A stretch of 64,000 nucleotides of DNA from Chrysomallon squamiferum (GCA_012295275.1 CM022673.1:434001-498000); one strand, 5' to 3'. Counted from the first letter of the stretch, positions 29,362-56,821 are shown. Notes: generated by a model not told the origin, from the sequence alone. Numbers and translations: made by a program.

Positions 29362-31513
29362 AAGACCAAGAGCGTAGATTAATAGACTGAAGTAAAAATT
29401 AATAAACTTTGGTGTACCATTTCGTCATTTTTCGGTTATAGTCAGTGCTACATGATTGGTTTCTAAAATGCTGTTTCCACTCAAAAGCGTCCTGAATGAT
29501 AACCAACGGGTTTTCTCTTTGAAATCATCAGTAAAAATTATGAATCAAGCTTAAAATAAAAGAACAAAAGAAAAACAAAACAAAACAAAACATTTGTGAT
29601 GTCATTATAAAGCAAGCGTTCATTCACGACCTTACTGCTCCACTGTTGTCAAATTAATGTTAAATATATATTAATTTTTTGGTCGCTGAATCATAATAAT
29701 AATAATGCTGATGATGATGACAATATTACAATGAAAGAAAATTTAAAACAAAAATAGTAATAGTAATAATAAGAATGAACTTATCTATGACAGAAAGCAA
29801 ATATACAAGCATCAAATTCAAATTTTCAACCATGGTTTTATCGAGAAAGCCAACAGCACATAATGGTTAAATTACATCTTTGTCCATATTCAACAGCGTT
29901 TGGGTTGTGTGTATTTGAAATAATCATCGATTTTTTTTCCTTCTCTTTAATTTTTATAACTCAAGTCGTTAACATTTCGTTTTTCTTTTTTCTTTTCGTT
30001 TCTCAAGTACGCTAACACTACAAGAAGACAGACAAGCGCAAACGTAAATCGGTCAAAATGAAAAATAAATTAAAGTGAAAAAAAAAAAAAAAAAAAAAAA
30101 AAAGAGAGAAAAAATGATTAAAAAAAAATAATAAAATTAAATTTAAAACAGAATAGTAACGCTTTGCAGTTACAAAATTATTAAACAGAGCAAATTAAAC
30201 GAACTAGTTAAAGACTTCAAAAAAAACGAAGATACGTATTTCACAGAACAAAAAAAAAAAAAATAATAATAATAATAATAAAAAAATAAAAAATAATAAT
30301 AATATAAAAAAATAGAAATAAACAATTAAAATGATCAAACAATGTTCGTGTAACTGGAGTTGGAATAAGTCGTTGTTCACAGTCTCTCTCCCTCTCTCCC
30401 TCTCTCCCCTCTATCGCTCGTTTACTGCCCCCCCCCTCTATTTCTATCTCTTTCTACGATAACTACACGACCACAACCATCACTACTACTGCTACTGTTG
30501 TTATTATTGTTGTTGTTGTTGTTTCTGATACTGCTGCTGTTTTTGTTGTTATTGTTGTAGGAATATCTTTTAAACGACTATAAGCACAACAAACAAATAA
30601 AGCATAGGAAATAAACTCCCTTTAAATGCCTTGCATTAAACAATAAACAAATGAATAAATAAATAAATAAATGCTACTACTACTGCTTCTACTACTACTA
30701 CTACTATTACTATTACTACTGCTACTACTACTATTATTACTACTACTGCTAGTATTACCACCACCACGACCATTACTATTACTACTTCTACTAAAAATAA
30801 TTTTAAAAAGTTGCAACAAGGGACGCAATTCTTGTGTATACGAAACATGCTTAAATGCTGCAGTTGTTTCCCTTAAGATAGTTCCCTTAATGATTGATAT
30901 TTTTATTTTTTAAATTCTTACTGCAGCTGTTGTTGCTGCTGCTGTATTTGTATTATTAGCAATAATATCATCATGTTCGATATTTGTGTTTTTGTGCAGG
31001 CGAGCAAAATTTATAATAATGTTTTTGACCTAGATAAAAGTATTTTGAAAATCACACAGGTGTATGTATTTCATGTTTTCTGCAAACGAATAAGAACATA
31101 ATATAATACTCATATAATACTAATACTAATACTAATAATAACAGTAACAACAACAACAATAATAAAATAGAGAAAAATTTATTTACAAAATCATTCAGGA
31201 CAAAGTCCGAAGCCATTTTTTTTTTTTTTTTTTCCCCTTTTTTATTTTGGTTATTATTATTATATTATTTTTTACTTATTTATTTAATTTGTTATTGTTT
31301 ATTTTTTAAAGTATTTACATTTTTAATGTAATTTATTATACAACTGGCCGATATATATATATATTTATGCTCGTGAATTTGGTTTAGCAATTTGTAGTAT
31401 GACCTAACAAGTCCTCAGGCGTAATTTTCTTCTTTTTATTTTTTTTATTTCACGACACAAACCCGCACTGAATTAACTTCAGAATTTGTAAGTTAATTAT
31501 TATAATGTTGCTG

Positions 31514-31529
31514 TTTTATTTAATTTATT
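31514..31529 (-). terminator. Polyadenylation signals of the membrane-protein gene
   Basis: Two AATAAA hexamers on the minus strand within ~25 nt of the stop codon; common by chance in AT-rich DNA. Confidence 0.4.
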
Positions 31530-31539
31530 CGACACTAAA

Positions 31540-34850
<3,311 letters not shown>

Positions 34851-34851
34851 T

Positions 34852-34900
34852 ATGACGACGTAAAAGATAACGTCATTGTTTGGCAACCGATTACGTCACT
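34852..34900 (-). promoter_or_regulatory. Proximal promoter / 5' region with CRE-like sites and an X-box half-site
   Basis: Minus strand GAGTGACGTAATCGGTTGCCAAACAATGACGTTATC: TGACGTAA, GTTGCC and TGACG within ~50 bp of the first ATG. Confidence 0.35.
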
Positions 34901-36924
34901 CATTGTGATATTTATTTGCTACATTTATTATTATTATTATTTGGAAGACGACGTCTATATATTATGAATTTTGAAGTATTCTCTGCCATAGTATTTTTTT
35001 TTATATATATTATTATTATTATTATTTTATTTTTTTTCAGATCTATTTCTTAGATAGGGCATTACCTCAAAAATGAATGAACTGCGTTAAAATTCCGAGA
35101 AGTTAAATCCTGTCTGCATTACATGATCATAGTGAAAACAACGTCAGAGTTATTTTTAACCTGTAATCGTTCGAAAAAAAGAAGCAAAATCGAAATTTAC
35201 CTGGAATAAAATGTAACTAAAATGATATCACTATTCCAGTTATGTAAATAAATATCTTCTGAACAAGTATATATTAGTTCTAGATCAAAATAATGTTGGG
35301 CTGAAGTGCTACTTGAAAAGTTTCAGAACCGACATACCGAAAACACGGCGAACAAAATATTAAAATGGCGGATATTTCGTCTGCAGTAGTGAAAACTGCT
35401 TGTATAATTCAGAATAGATTTCATACCGGTTTTAGTAATTGATGGGTAATGCCGTTACCGAAATTTTAACGCGTTATGTTGAGAGATATGTTAGTTGTTA
35501 ACATAAGATTATGTTAGCTACTCGGGTGTTGCGAGTTCGATTCTCGTCTGTTTGATTATTGATATGAGTGCCATCCTAAGTCGATTTTGGCGACTAGTGG
35601 TAAGGATTGTCTCAAGCTTCTCGGTTGTCGTCCAAGATGTTTTGTGTTTTTTAAAGTCATACTTGTCGAGTATCGAGGAATGAATCAGAACTTCTCAAAA
35701 GTTGCTTAACATGTGATGGACATTTTGGATAACAAATATAAGTGTTACAATTTCCTTGTTTCCTTTTTATAAAATTCGCGTTCACATTTCTTCTTTCTTT
35801 TTTTTTTCTTTTTTTTTTGCGATGCATGTACATTTCTTATGTACCCATTTAAGTTCTATAAAGTTTCATTTAATGATCGTTTCTGAAGTCAGGTAGGAAA
35901 AAGAGGATAATGAATAATGTCGTCAGGTTAGTGTCAAATAATAGATAAAATGAGTATGTGTAAGAGAAAACAGTGTACACAAAAGCCCCGTAAGTACCTT
36001 TTCCTATGCACAAACTAACTAAAACCGGTGAAGACTGGTATTGAGAATATCTGTCGGTAATTTACCGGTACTGAACCCTAATTCAGAAGACGATTAATTG
36101 CTATTACGTAATCACTGACGGTTTACAAATGCAAAATCTAATTTTGTTTAATGTTATTTATTTTATGAATAATTTTTTGATATTTAATCAAATTTTAGTG
36201 TAATTTATGAAAATATTAACCCTCTTAATCTCTTTCAAAATGGCGGGCGAATTTATTCCATATGTGTTAGGGGTGTTAGGTTGTTAGTTGCATTGTAGGG
36301 GCTAGAAACAATTCATTCGTCTATTGGTTTTACATTATTACACTTTTTTATTATTAAAATCAAATATAAATATTTAGTATACTTTATAATCTATACAATA
36401 CATAATTATTTATCTTTATCAAGTGGGGATCAACTATATATAAATTTGTTTTCAAATGTTACGGGAGCGATACACTATCACACTTCCTGTGTTGAGAGAT
36501 GCATGCGTGTGTGTTTGTCTATATTATATGCAAATAAGGTCAAGGTCATTACAATAGATAATAAAATGTTGATAGTTGACTTTCATAGTGTCTGTTTTAA
36601 TAGTATGCAACATTTGACAACAATTGGATAAAAATTGTTGAAACTAGAAACGTAAATGTACAACAACAGCAAAAGTTTTTATATTTCTGCTGCCACGTTT
36701 GTTTCAAGACGTAAGGCAATTACTGGCTCATTTTATCTAGCATTTTAGCATCTTTAATTTGACGTAGCCCATAAACAAGTTATCCAGTTTAAAACATTCT
36801 AAGTGCTAATTGTTTCGTTTTAGGTCCTGCTTCAAATGATATATTTAAAAATGAAATTCATTAATTTTGAAATTTTGAGTGAATTCCATATTCTTCTTTT
36901 TCTTCTTCTTATTATTATTATTGC

Positions 36925-36979
<55 letters not shown>

Positions 36980-37039
36980 ATAAACAAATTAATACTCCAC
37001 TGCGAGTAATTAATTATATTATTATTATTATTATCATCA

Positions 37040-37101
<62 letters not shown>

Positions 37102-37117
37102 GTTGTTGTTGTTGTTG

Positions 37118-39060
37118 TTGAATTAATATAATTGAAAATAATTATATTTATTTTATTTTATTTATTTATTTAGAAATGAATAAAACAAGTGTTATCAGAG
37201 TGTATCGAATGGCTTTTCCTGAGTAATCGGGAATTCCTGACACTAAGCTTTATGTGGATAAAAAAAGAGAGGCCACCTTTAAGGTCATAACTGCGTTATG
37301 TGACAGTCGACATTAAATTGCCAAAACTGTTTTAACCTACATATTTATGCTGCTTATGTCACGGTTTTTAATGGTTTCAAGAATTTTAGAAAAAATATGA
37401 ACTAGCTATTTGTACGGTATCAACCGATTTTAGTTTATAATATTATTACATCCAAAGATCCGTAGAAACTGAGAGTTAAAATGTATTTTATGTCTTAGTT
37501 ATTTCCACCTGTTAATGGAAAATATTAATAATAAAAAATTCTCCTTCTGTCTGTTTCATTTTCTTTCTATCTCATATTTAATTACTTTTGTCTTTTTCTT
37601 TCTTCTTTCACTCTTTCTTTCTCTTTCTTCTCTCTACTTCTCTCTGTGTTTCTCTTCTAACTTCTCTCTCTCTGTCTCTCTTTCAGTGTTGATTACTGTG
37701 TCTAACTCTCTCTCTCTCAAACTCTTTTTAACCATTATTTTTTTTTCTGTTTCCTCCCCCTTTATTTCTATGTACGTATTTGTGTATCAGTATCATTAAA
37801 CAGAATTACTTTCATTTATTCATTCATTTAACTTTAAATAAAAATCGTTAAGTGTAGTCTCAAGTTATTGTCAAATCTGTAACGTGAAACAATTCACTTT
37901 AAGTTTTTCTTCGAAAAACTGTTTAACGAACCGTTTAATTTTGACATTAATGTTATTCAGAGATTCCTTTTACGTCTTATTACATCTAATGTATTTATAA
38001 ATGATAATTTAAAAAAGGTGATTAATTTACATTTATAATAAATTTAGCAAATAATGTGATAAGAATTGAGATTAAATAACAAAACAAAGACTTTTAGTGT
38101 GATCTTTTCTACTTAATAATAATAATAATAACAATAATAATAATAATAATAATAATAATAATCATAATCATAATCATAATCATAATAATAAGATAGAGAA
38201 TAGAAAAAGTTCAGAGAGAAAAATATAAAATAAATAAATATAAGATAAAATACAGATATGTGTAGTTTTACCTTAATTTCATTATATACACATTTAAAAT
38301 CAATAATATACTTATTTTGATTGTTAATATTAACTATTTTCACAGTCACAAACATACACCATAATTATTTATTATTGTTGAGTAAATTATTTTGTGTTGT
38401 GCAGTTTGTTTCAATTCAGTATTATGGAGATATTGTGGTAGATATATATGTAGATGTATTTATATAGTATATCTGTATGCATTATACAGCGTCCATCTAT
38501 GTATTTATTTCTAATAATGAAGTAATGAAATCAGTTCTATTTTAAAAATTCCTTTATTTCCCTTATCGGACAGTCCTATTGGATTTCCAGTTCACGCTTA
38601 CTGAGAAACTGTTTTTGGACACCTGGTCTGTGAAGGTTACTTTGAATGTGTGTGGGTTTTTTTCATCTTCGTTTTTTGTTTTTTTTGCACACGTCGATTC
38701 TCGAAGAAAAGAGGTTTTACCCGTGTTCTTTTTTTAATCAACATGACTTCATCGGTCGTTCCTTGTTGTATGTTACCAAAAAAGGTTACTATATCCTTAA
38801 AAGGAGAATGCCTCATTAGAAAATATTATAGCCTATATAGGTGACAAATGCAGCGAGAATAGAACATGGGAATTTTTACAAAGTGTGATACCTGTTTTCC
38901 CGTGAATAATATTTTCTATTTCCCGTCGAGAAAAATAGTTTAAAAGCAGCAGATAAATTTTCGATAAACTGTATCCACTTAGATACCAGTGAGGACGTAT
39001 GCACGAATATAGTTGTGTGTGTTTGTGTTTTTGTTTGCAGGTGAATGTTTGTATGCATGT
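37118..39060. repeat. Segmental duplication: upstream module of CARD gene A, present inverted at ~52580-54490 and partly at ~60640-61040
   Basis: For example CAAAGATCCGTAGAAACTGAGAGTTAAAATGTATTT (~37453) is reverse-complemented at ~54035-54070, and AGCAGCAGATAAATTTTCGATAAACTG (~38945) at ~52660 and ~60715. Confidence 0.9.
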
Positions 39061-39414
39061 GTACGTTTTTAGTTGAAATATAACTTCTTCTTCTTTTCTT
39101 TTTTCTTCTTAGATATCTGGCTGTAAACAGATGTGAACATCTGATTTAATTTAATGATAAATGTGTCTAAATAGGAAAGTAATTATATTTATTTATATTT
39201 TGATTCTTTTTATCTTTGTTTGTATGCTTATTTATTGTTTTATTTATCAGTCTATTTATTTATTTACTTATTTCTTTTGTTCTTTGTTGTTTGTTTATTG
39301 TTTTGTTTGTTCATGTGCAGTACCTTTCTATTTATTTAGTATTGTATAGATCTATAGACCAAATTTATATAATAGTTATACATACATACATACATACATA
39401 CATACATACATACA

Positions 39415-39446
<32 letters not shown>

Positions 39447-39879
39447 ACCATACATATATATATATATATTTCCTTGTTTTATTAAAAACGTTTATTTTTG
39501 CAGTTATTTATTTTCCATTAATAAAAGAATACATTGTTCTTGTTTTTGTTTTAGGTTTTTTAATTTGTTCTATTTTATTTTATTTATATATTTATTTTAT
39601 TATTATTATTATTATTATTATTGTTGTTGTTATTATTATTTTTGTTGTTGTTGTTGTTGTTGCTGCTGCTGCTGCTGCTGCTATGGCTTTTGGAGCAGAA
39701 ACGTATTTGTTGAATTTTATTTTATTTAATTATTCGGGATTTTTTAATTATTATTAATTATATCAAACTTTTCGCCATTTTTAATCCCTTTTTCAAACAC
39801 AAGGAAGTCTAAACTAACGTATCGATCAGTTATAAAAATAGATTTCTTTGTCTAACTATTAATTGCGCTGATGCAGCTT

Positions 39880-40006
39880 GGGAATTTCCACCTATTGGTT
39901 TCTGGTAAAAATAGGCAACTCTATAGCGCATGCGCAGTACCCGCACGAAATACCCTGAGTGGTTTTTCTGTTCAGTACTTAGCCTGGTCAGTAGTGCGCA
40001 CATTGG
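39880..40006 (+). promoter_or_regulatory. Promoter of CARD gene A: NF-kB site, NRF1 site, CCAAT boxes
   Basis: GGGAATTTCC at 39880-39889 (perfect kB consensus GGGRNWYYCC), GCGCATGCGCA at 39926-39936, inverted CCAAT (ATTGG) at 39894 and 40002; ATG at 40048. Confidence 0.65.
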
Positions 40007-40047
40007 TCTACAAGACTACATTGTGAGGAGCGAGCTATTAAAGCACA

Positions 40048-42832
<2,785 letters not shown>

Positions 42833-42864
42833 CTTCTAAATCCTGACAATTAGAAGAAACATAT

Positions 42865-48640
<5,776 letters not shown>

Positions 48641-49769
48641 GGGGGGGGAATGAAAAAACAACAACGAATAAACAAGAAACGCACAAATAAACACTAGTCT
48701 TTTCATTATTCCTGTTCGTTTTCTCAAAATGTTTTAATATTGATAATTATTAATTATGTATTTATTTATTCATGATTATCATTATTTTTGTTGGAATTTT
48801 TGCTGTTGTTCGTGTTGTTTGTTGTTTTTTTTTTTTTGTTTTTGTTTTTTTTTTTTTTTTACTAAAAGAAAACATTTAAGTTTACGTTAAACAACATAAA
48901 AAGAAATTTCATTACATTTTTGTAATTAATCGCAATGACAGGCAACATTCACTTTGCTACACAATTGTTGTCATTGTTCTTTTTTTTTACATTCTTTTTA
49001 TTTTATATATTACATTTATCATAAATCACAAACGAATAGTCATTGCATATACTTTATGAACAAAGAATTCGTGAAATAGTTAATAACATTCAATTTTGTA
49101 TACCTCCTTGAGAGCCATACTACAAGAAACAAATTATTATATGCAACGTTTTCAAATATTAAATAATTGTACCAGACAGGAAACAACTGAGAAGCAAAAA
49201 CTGCATAATTACAGTATAAGTTTAATAGAAAAAGTAAGAAAGAAAGAAAAAAGATATTTGTCTTTAACTATTTATTTCATGTAATTATATGCAGAATTTT
49301 TAAATATTTTTTTATTTATTGTTTCCTTTGTTATCAAGGAATATTAATGTCCCCATATCATTATAACGTCATTGTATACGCACTTTACATCAAATGGGAT
49401 ATCGTTAAATATGACTCGTGTATTCATTCATTTATTTTTCATTTTTACCCATTATTATTTTTTTTGTATGCCCCCGAAGAGATCCAAATTTACTTAATCC
49501 ATTTATGGATTTAATCCAACCCATTTAACATGCTATCAGTCATAAAAGGGAAAGACAATTCTGATTGTGTTCATACATAAATAGAGTTACTGTACTTGAA
49601 CCAGTGACACCTGAAATAGATCTCTTTTTTTAACCATTCATTTTATGTATTTTTTAACATTACTTTTCATCCAAAAAACGTGTGTATATATTTGTTTTAT
49701 TTATTGTCCTACTCTATTTTATGCCATTTATCTTTTAATGAATTTATTTAATTTTTCTTTAATTCTTGT

Positions 49770-50337
49770 TATTTTCTTTTTATTGGTATTACAAAGAAAA
49801 TTAGTCTATTTCACTGTTGTTGTTATTATCATTTAGTCTTTATTGTTTATTAATTAACAGAACAGTAATTGTGCACTTTAGTTAGAATATGAAACAGGTT
49901 TCCAACATTGTGAAACTGTTGATTTTTCGTTATCCAGTTCAGGGTATGGGTAGCAACAAACACACCTGAATCTGTCACACCGCACACGTTTTAAAAATTG
50001 TTATATTACAGGTATCATATATCTAAGTGACCATTTATCACAGTGCGCTATAAACTTATTATTTATTTATTTAATTATTCATTTTATTATTTATTTATTT
50101 ATTCATTCATTCATTCATTCATTTTATTATTTATTTATTTATTTATTTATTCATTTTATTATTTATTTATTTATATATTTATTTTTTTTGTTTAGTTTAT
50201 TATTTATTTATATATAAATTTATTTGTCTCCTGTTCCCACCGAATCTTCTAGAAAAAAAAAAAAATCATTATTATTATTATTATTTTTAATTCTGTATAT
50301 TTTATTTTATTTTAATTACTTATTTATTAAAAAAAAA

Positions 50338-50380
<43 letters not shown>

Positions 50381-51000
50381 TGATTTTGTATATTTTTTAT
50401 TTTATTTTATTTTATTATTTATATATTTATTTATTTATTTGTTTGTTTACTTATTTTATAATTTCACGTATATTGTTGGTAGATCTTGGTTTCAAGGAAA
50501 TTGCAAAAGTCCAGAATTTTCGTGCTGGGGATAATTTGTTCGATTAGTAAAAAAAATTATTATTTTTTTTTTTTTTTATATTTTCAGCTTTTTAATGATT
50601 TATTTTGAGTATATTTATTTTTAAAGACAGATGGTAAGACAATCACAGTGATACTCAAAGGTAATCGAAAGAATAAATACAAAGTTATAAAAATAATGTT
50701 TTATTAGATGATTCCAAGGTAAAATCAGTTTTAAAATATAAGCATCTAAATATATTCTGGTGCGTTCCATATTTAGTATTATTTTTATTTGTATTTTTAT
50801 TTTTTATTTTTATTACTTTTATTCCTGGATTTTCATTATATACTGATATAATTACTAATAAATAAATAAATAATAATGTAATTACAGTATTAATTGATTA
50901 TATGTGTCACCAGGAATTATTTGTATTTTCCTAAAATCGTTTTCTGACAACAAAAATAAAATAAAAACTTTAAAAATCAAATCGTTTTTGTTTTTCTTTC
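49770..51000. repeat. Distal 3' flank of gene A, inverted copy at ~55380-56240 (3' flank of gene B)
   Basis: TTAAAGACAGATGGTAAGACAATCACAGTGATACTCAAAGGTAATCGAAAGAATAA (~50621-50676) is reverse-complemented at ~55671-55726; 49790-49970 matches ~55860-56240. Confidence 0.85.
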
Positions 51001-51067
51001 ATTACGTAATGTAATTTTTGTAATTTATTAATTATCTTCTATTTTTAATTTTTTATGTTCATCATCA

Positions 51068-51140
<73 letters not shown>

Positions 51141-51576
51141 CATTTGTAAACTATTCTATTCTTATCTTCTCTCTGTTTTGTTTTTCTATTCTTCTCTTTC
51201 AAATGATTTATTACTTCGTTAATTTGTAATTCTTATTTATTTATTGTTTGCATAGTTCTATATTTTTAAAGTAAAAATTTTTTTTTTTTTTTTTTTTTCA
51301 TTTTATCCTACTTACCAATATTTAACTCACAATTGCTGATGTGTTTTATTTATTATCTCTAGTTATAATAATAATAATAATAATTTATTTGAAATATATT
51401 TAAATTATTTTGGGGGGGGATTTGTTTCTTTATTATTCGAAAAGCTTTTAAATCTACAAGGTTTCTCGAAAAATGAAATAATTAATGAAATTTTAAAGTA
51501 GGGGAAATAACTCTACTTACACACATGCACAGAGAAAATACGGAAGGTATGGCGAGAGGTCAGCTTTTGGCTGCTG

Positions 51577-52242
<666 letters not shown>

Positions 52243-52579
52243 GTTGTTGTTTTTTTCTTGTTATTGTTTTATTTGTCTGTTTGTTTTTGTTTTGTTTGTT
52301 GTTGTTTTTTTGGGGGGGTTTAATGGCATTTATTATTATTATTATTATTATTAAATAAATGATAATATCAATACAAAAATATATGCATATTTTTCTAAAT
52401 AATTTATTGGATTATTTTAAACTTGAAATATTGTTCAAAACTACACATTTTAAGCATCACATTAATTATGTACAATATGTACAATAACATTCTTGTATAT
52501 AAACTCGTGTAAAATAAGACAGATAATGCGTACAGTAACACCCACACCCACACACACACATGCACACACATGCAAATAC

Positions 52580-53338
52580 AAATCTCACAAACAAGTTAAA
52601 TAGAAAAACAAACACACACAACTATATTCGTGCCTACGTCCTCACTGGTATCTAAGTGGATACAGTTTATCGAAAATTTATCTGCTGCTTTTAAACTATT
52701 TTTCTCGATGGGAAAAAGAAAATATTGTTCACGGGAAAACACGTATCACACTTTGTAAAAATTCCCATGTTCTATTCTCGCTGCATTTGTCACCTATATA
52801 GGCTGCACGCACATTAAAAATATTTCCTAATGTGGCATTCTCCTTTTAAGGATATAGTAATCTTTTTTTGTAACATACAACAAAGAACGACCGATGAAGT
52901 CATGTTGATTAAAAAGAGAACACGGGTAAAATATCTTTTCTTCGAGAAAAAGATTTTCTTGTTGCTCTTATCATTACTCGTGACAAAAAAAAAAAAAAAA
53001 AAAAAAAAAAACGCCACACATTCAAGGTGACCTGCATAGATCGGGTATCTCAGTAAGCAATGCACCCGAAACTGGCCGTTCGATTCTCCGGGAACATTTT
53101 AAATAAAGAACCGATTTGTTACTTCATTATTATAAATAATCCTAGTGTTTGTTTGTGACTGTGCTAATAGCTGATATTATTAAACAAAATAAATATATTA
53201 TTGATAACAGAATGTATATATAAAAGAAAAAATGAAATTAAAGTGTATCTAAATACATCAGTATTTTATTTTATTTATTTATTCTATATTTTCCTCTCTC
53301 AGCTTTTTCGTTTCGTTTCTTTCTTTCTTTCTTTCTTT

Positions 53339-53369
<31 letters not shown>

Positions 53370-54490
53370 TTATTATTATTATGTAGAAAAGATTACACTA
53401 AAAGTTTTTGTTTTGTTATTTAATCTCAGTTCTTATCACATTATTTGCTAAATTTATTATAAAGGTAAATAAACACCTTTTTTAAATTATCATTTATATA
53501 CATATTAGAGGTAATAAGACGTAAAATAAATCTCTGAATAACATTAATGTCAAAATTAAACGGTTCGTTAAACAGTTTTTCGAAGAAAAATTTAAACTGA
53601 ATTGTTACAGGTTACAGATTTGACAATAACGTGAGACTACACTTAACTATTTTTACTTTAAGTTCAGTGCTCAATGAATGAATAAATGAAAGTAATTCTG
53701 TTTAATGATACTGATACACAAATACATGCATAGCAATAAAGGGGGAGGAAACAGAAAGAAAGAAAGAAAAAATAATGGTTAAAAAGAGTTTGAGAGAGAG
53801 AGAGTCAGACAGACACACACACAGTAATTAACACTGAAAGAGAGACAGAGAGATACAAAAGTTAGAAGAGAGACACAGAAAGAAGTAGAGAGAAGAAAGA
53901 GAAGAAAGAGAAAGATAAAAGTCAGTCAGAAATCAAATATAAGACAGAAAGAAAAAGAGACAGACAGAAGGAGACAGATAATTTTTTATTATTAAAATTT
54001 TCCATTAACAGGTGGAAATAACTAAGACATAAAATACATTTTAACTCTCAGTTTCTACGGATCTTTGGATGTAATAATATTATAAACTTAAAATGGATTG
54101 ATACCGTACAAATAGCTAGTTCATATTTTTTCTAAAATTCTATGTACAATTACAAACCGTGACATAAGCAGTATAAATATGTAGGTTAAAACAGTTTGGA
54201 TATTGAATGTCGACTGTCACGCACGCAAAGTATTTCAAATTTTAGAGGTGGTAGTTTTTTTTTTTTTTTGGTGTATGTCCACATAATAGTATTGTGTCAT
54301 AGATATAATCATTTTAAGAGGAATTCCCGATTACTCAAGAAAGCTTATCGAGAAACACCTGATTTCATGTTAATACTTGTTAATACTCTGATAATATTTG
54401 TGTGTGCAATTACTTCATTTTTTAAATAAATAAATAAATAAATAAAATAAAATAAAATAAACATAATTATTTTCAATTATATTAATTCAA
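52580..54490 (-). repeat. Inverted copy of the 37118-39060 module with no CARD gene attached
   Basis: Colinear reverse-complement similarity including the GGGAATTCC site (37229 vs ~54320). It ends close to the (TG)n tract rather than at an exon 1. Confidence 0.85.
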
Positions 54491-54796
54491 TAATAATAAT
54501 AATAATAATAACAGTTATGATGATGATGAAGATGATAAATAAATAAATAGATAGATAAATATCCAAACAAACAAACAAATAAATAACGTTCTTGCAGCTG
54601 ATAATATTTTGATCCTGACTGGGAAAACAAGGTTGTCTAAAATTTCGTTCAGTTTGAATAAGGAACTTCTTTCACTTTGCTCGAAGATTACTGAAGGCGT
54701 TATCGCTTTGTTTCCATAAAAAACGACAAATAGGGTAAGTGAAAAAAATCTCCGAGACTTTGGCAGATTAAATATTTGATAATAAGTAGTTGAAAT

Positions 54797-54908
<112 letters not shown>

Positions 54909-55065
54909 CGACATTCCAGTATTTATCGGAGGTGATGACAAAGATCACAGCGACACCTAGATAATAACATGGATTATCTCCTGGTGTTTGATTCTATTGA
55001 AAAGACCTTGTCACTTCTCCTGATTGACAAGATTTTTCGTTTAGTCTTGATAATACACACTTAAT

Positions 55066-55153
<88 letters not shown>

Positions 55154-56534
55154 GGGTTTAGAAATGAATATTATGGAAGCAAATATTTTTAATATTTTAC
55201 TCTAAAAATATAGCATAATGCGAACAATCAATAAATAAATAAGCGTAAGTAAAGAAAGAAACGAACAGAAGAAAAATCAGAGAGAAGATAAGGGCAGAAT
55301 AATTTACAAATAATAATAATAATAATAATAATGAACAGAAAAAAAATAATAATAAGAGGGTTATTAATAAATTATCAAATTTACATTACATAATGAAATA
55401 AAAACAAAAACGAATTGATTTTTAAAAGTTTTTTTTATTTTGTTACCAGAAAACGATGTTAGCAAAATAGGCACATAAAATATATTAATACTGTAATTAC
55501 ATTATTAATTATTTGTTTATTAGTAATTATATCAATATATAATGAAAATCCAGAAATAATAATAATAATAAATGTGGAACGCAGCAGAATAAATTTAGAT
55601 ACTTGTATTTTAAAACTGATTTTACTTTGGAATCATCTAATAAAAAAATAAATTTTAAAATTTTGTGTCCTTATTCTTTCGATTACCTTTGAGTATCACT
55701 GTGATTGTCTTACCATCTGTCTTTAAAAGTAAATATACTCAAAATAAACCAAACACAAGAAAACAAAATATTTTAGCAGGTAAACTAATTAAAAGTAATA
55801 AACCAATATTACTAATCGAATAAATTATCCCCACCATGAAGACTATAATAATAAAAATAAATTCAGATGTGTCAACTGCTACCCATACCCTGCTCTGGAT
55901 AAGAAAATATTTATTGTTTCACACTTGGAAACCTGTTTACTGAGCCAGTAGTCAATCGCTATATTCATTAAAGTGAAATCCTACTCATGCTGATTACGTC
56001 TTCCATTTTGTTGGACTTGAAATGTTATCAGTCGATTGTTTGTCTTTTGTAAAATAAACTATCACCCATTGTTTCACCAGTTGCAATCCTTGACTCCTTG
56101 ACAATATAAAATAATACGTACTGGCACAGTAAGGTAACCCCCTTTAAAGTGCACCATTACTGTTCTTCTTAATTAATAAAGGCTAAATGGTAATAATAAT
56201 CACAGTGAAATAAACTAATTTTCTTTGTAATACAAGTAAAATAATGTAAATAAATTAATAAAAATAATTTAAAAAAAAAATAGATTAATACATTTTCTTC
56301 TGAATGTTCATAATTTTAAAAAGCGTTATTAATAATTTTATTATTATTATTATTGTTATTGCTTTTGTTATTTTCTTCTTCTCTTTATTATTATTATTAT
56401 TATTCGTTTAACTATATAAGTATATATAATTTACACTAGATATTTGAAGTCTTTACTTTTGAGAGTGTGTTTGAGTGTTTACGAATGCAGTCCTATTTTA
56501 AAATATGTTTCTTCTAATTGTCAGGATTTAGAAG

Positions 56535-56821
56535 TTACTCGATTGTGATTTTTTCCAGCTTTTCAATCACGTAATCATAGCCACACTTAAGGAGAGCATA
56601 CATCAGAATGTTGTAGCCGTACCTGCCAGAATACAGAAGCTTCTTAGTGAAGATTTTAGCCCTCGTTTTCCTGGTTTCACCGTTCTCGACCTCTTCAATG
56701 TCGTTCAAATCGAAGGCACCCTTTTCAAAGAAGAATGACGCCAGATCTTTGCCGTCAATTTCTCCAATGAGAAACGTGAAGTTTTCTCTCACCTTCCTGT
56801 AGTGTTCACGAGGCAATTTAC
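56535..56821 (-). CDS. CARD-domain exon of gene B
   Basis: GKLPREHYRKVRENFTFLIGEIDGKDLASFFFEKGAFDLNDIEEVENGETRKTRAKIFTKKLLYSGRYGYNILMYALLKCGYDYVIEKLEKITIE*; acceptor accag|. Confidence 0.85.

Noticed and set aside
35520-35550. tRNA gene
   Set aside because: Only a B-box-like GTTCGATTC is present; no A-box or cloverleaf can be built.
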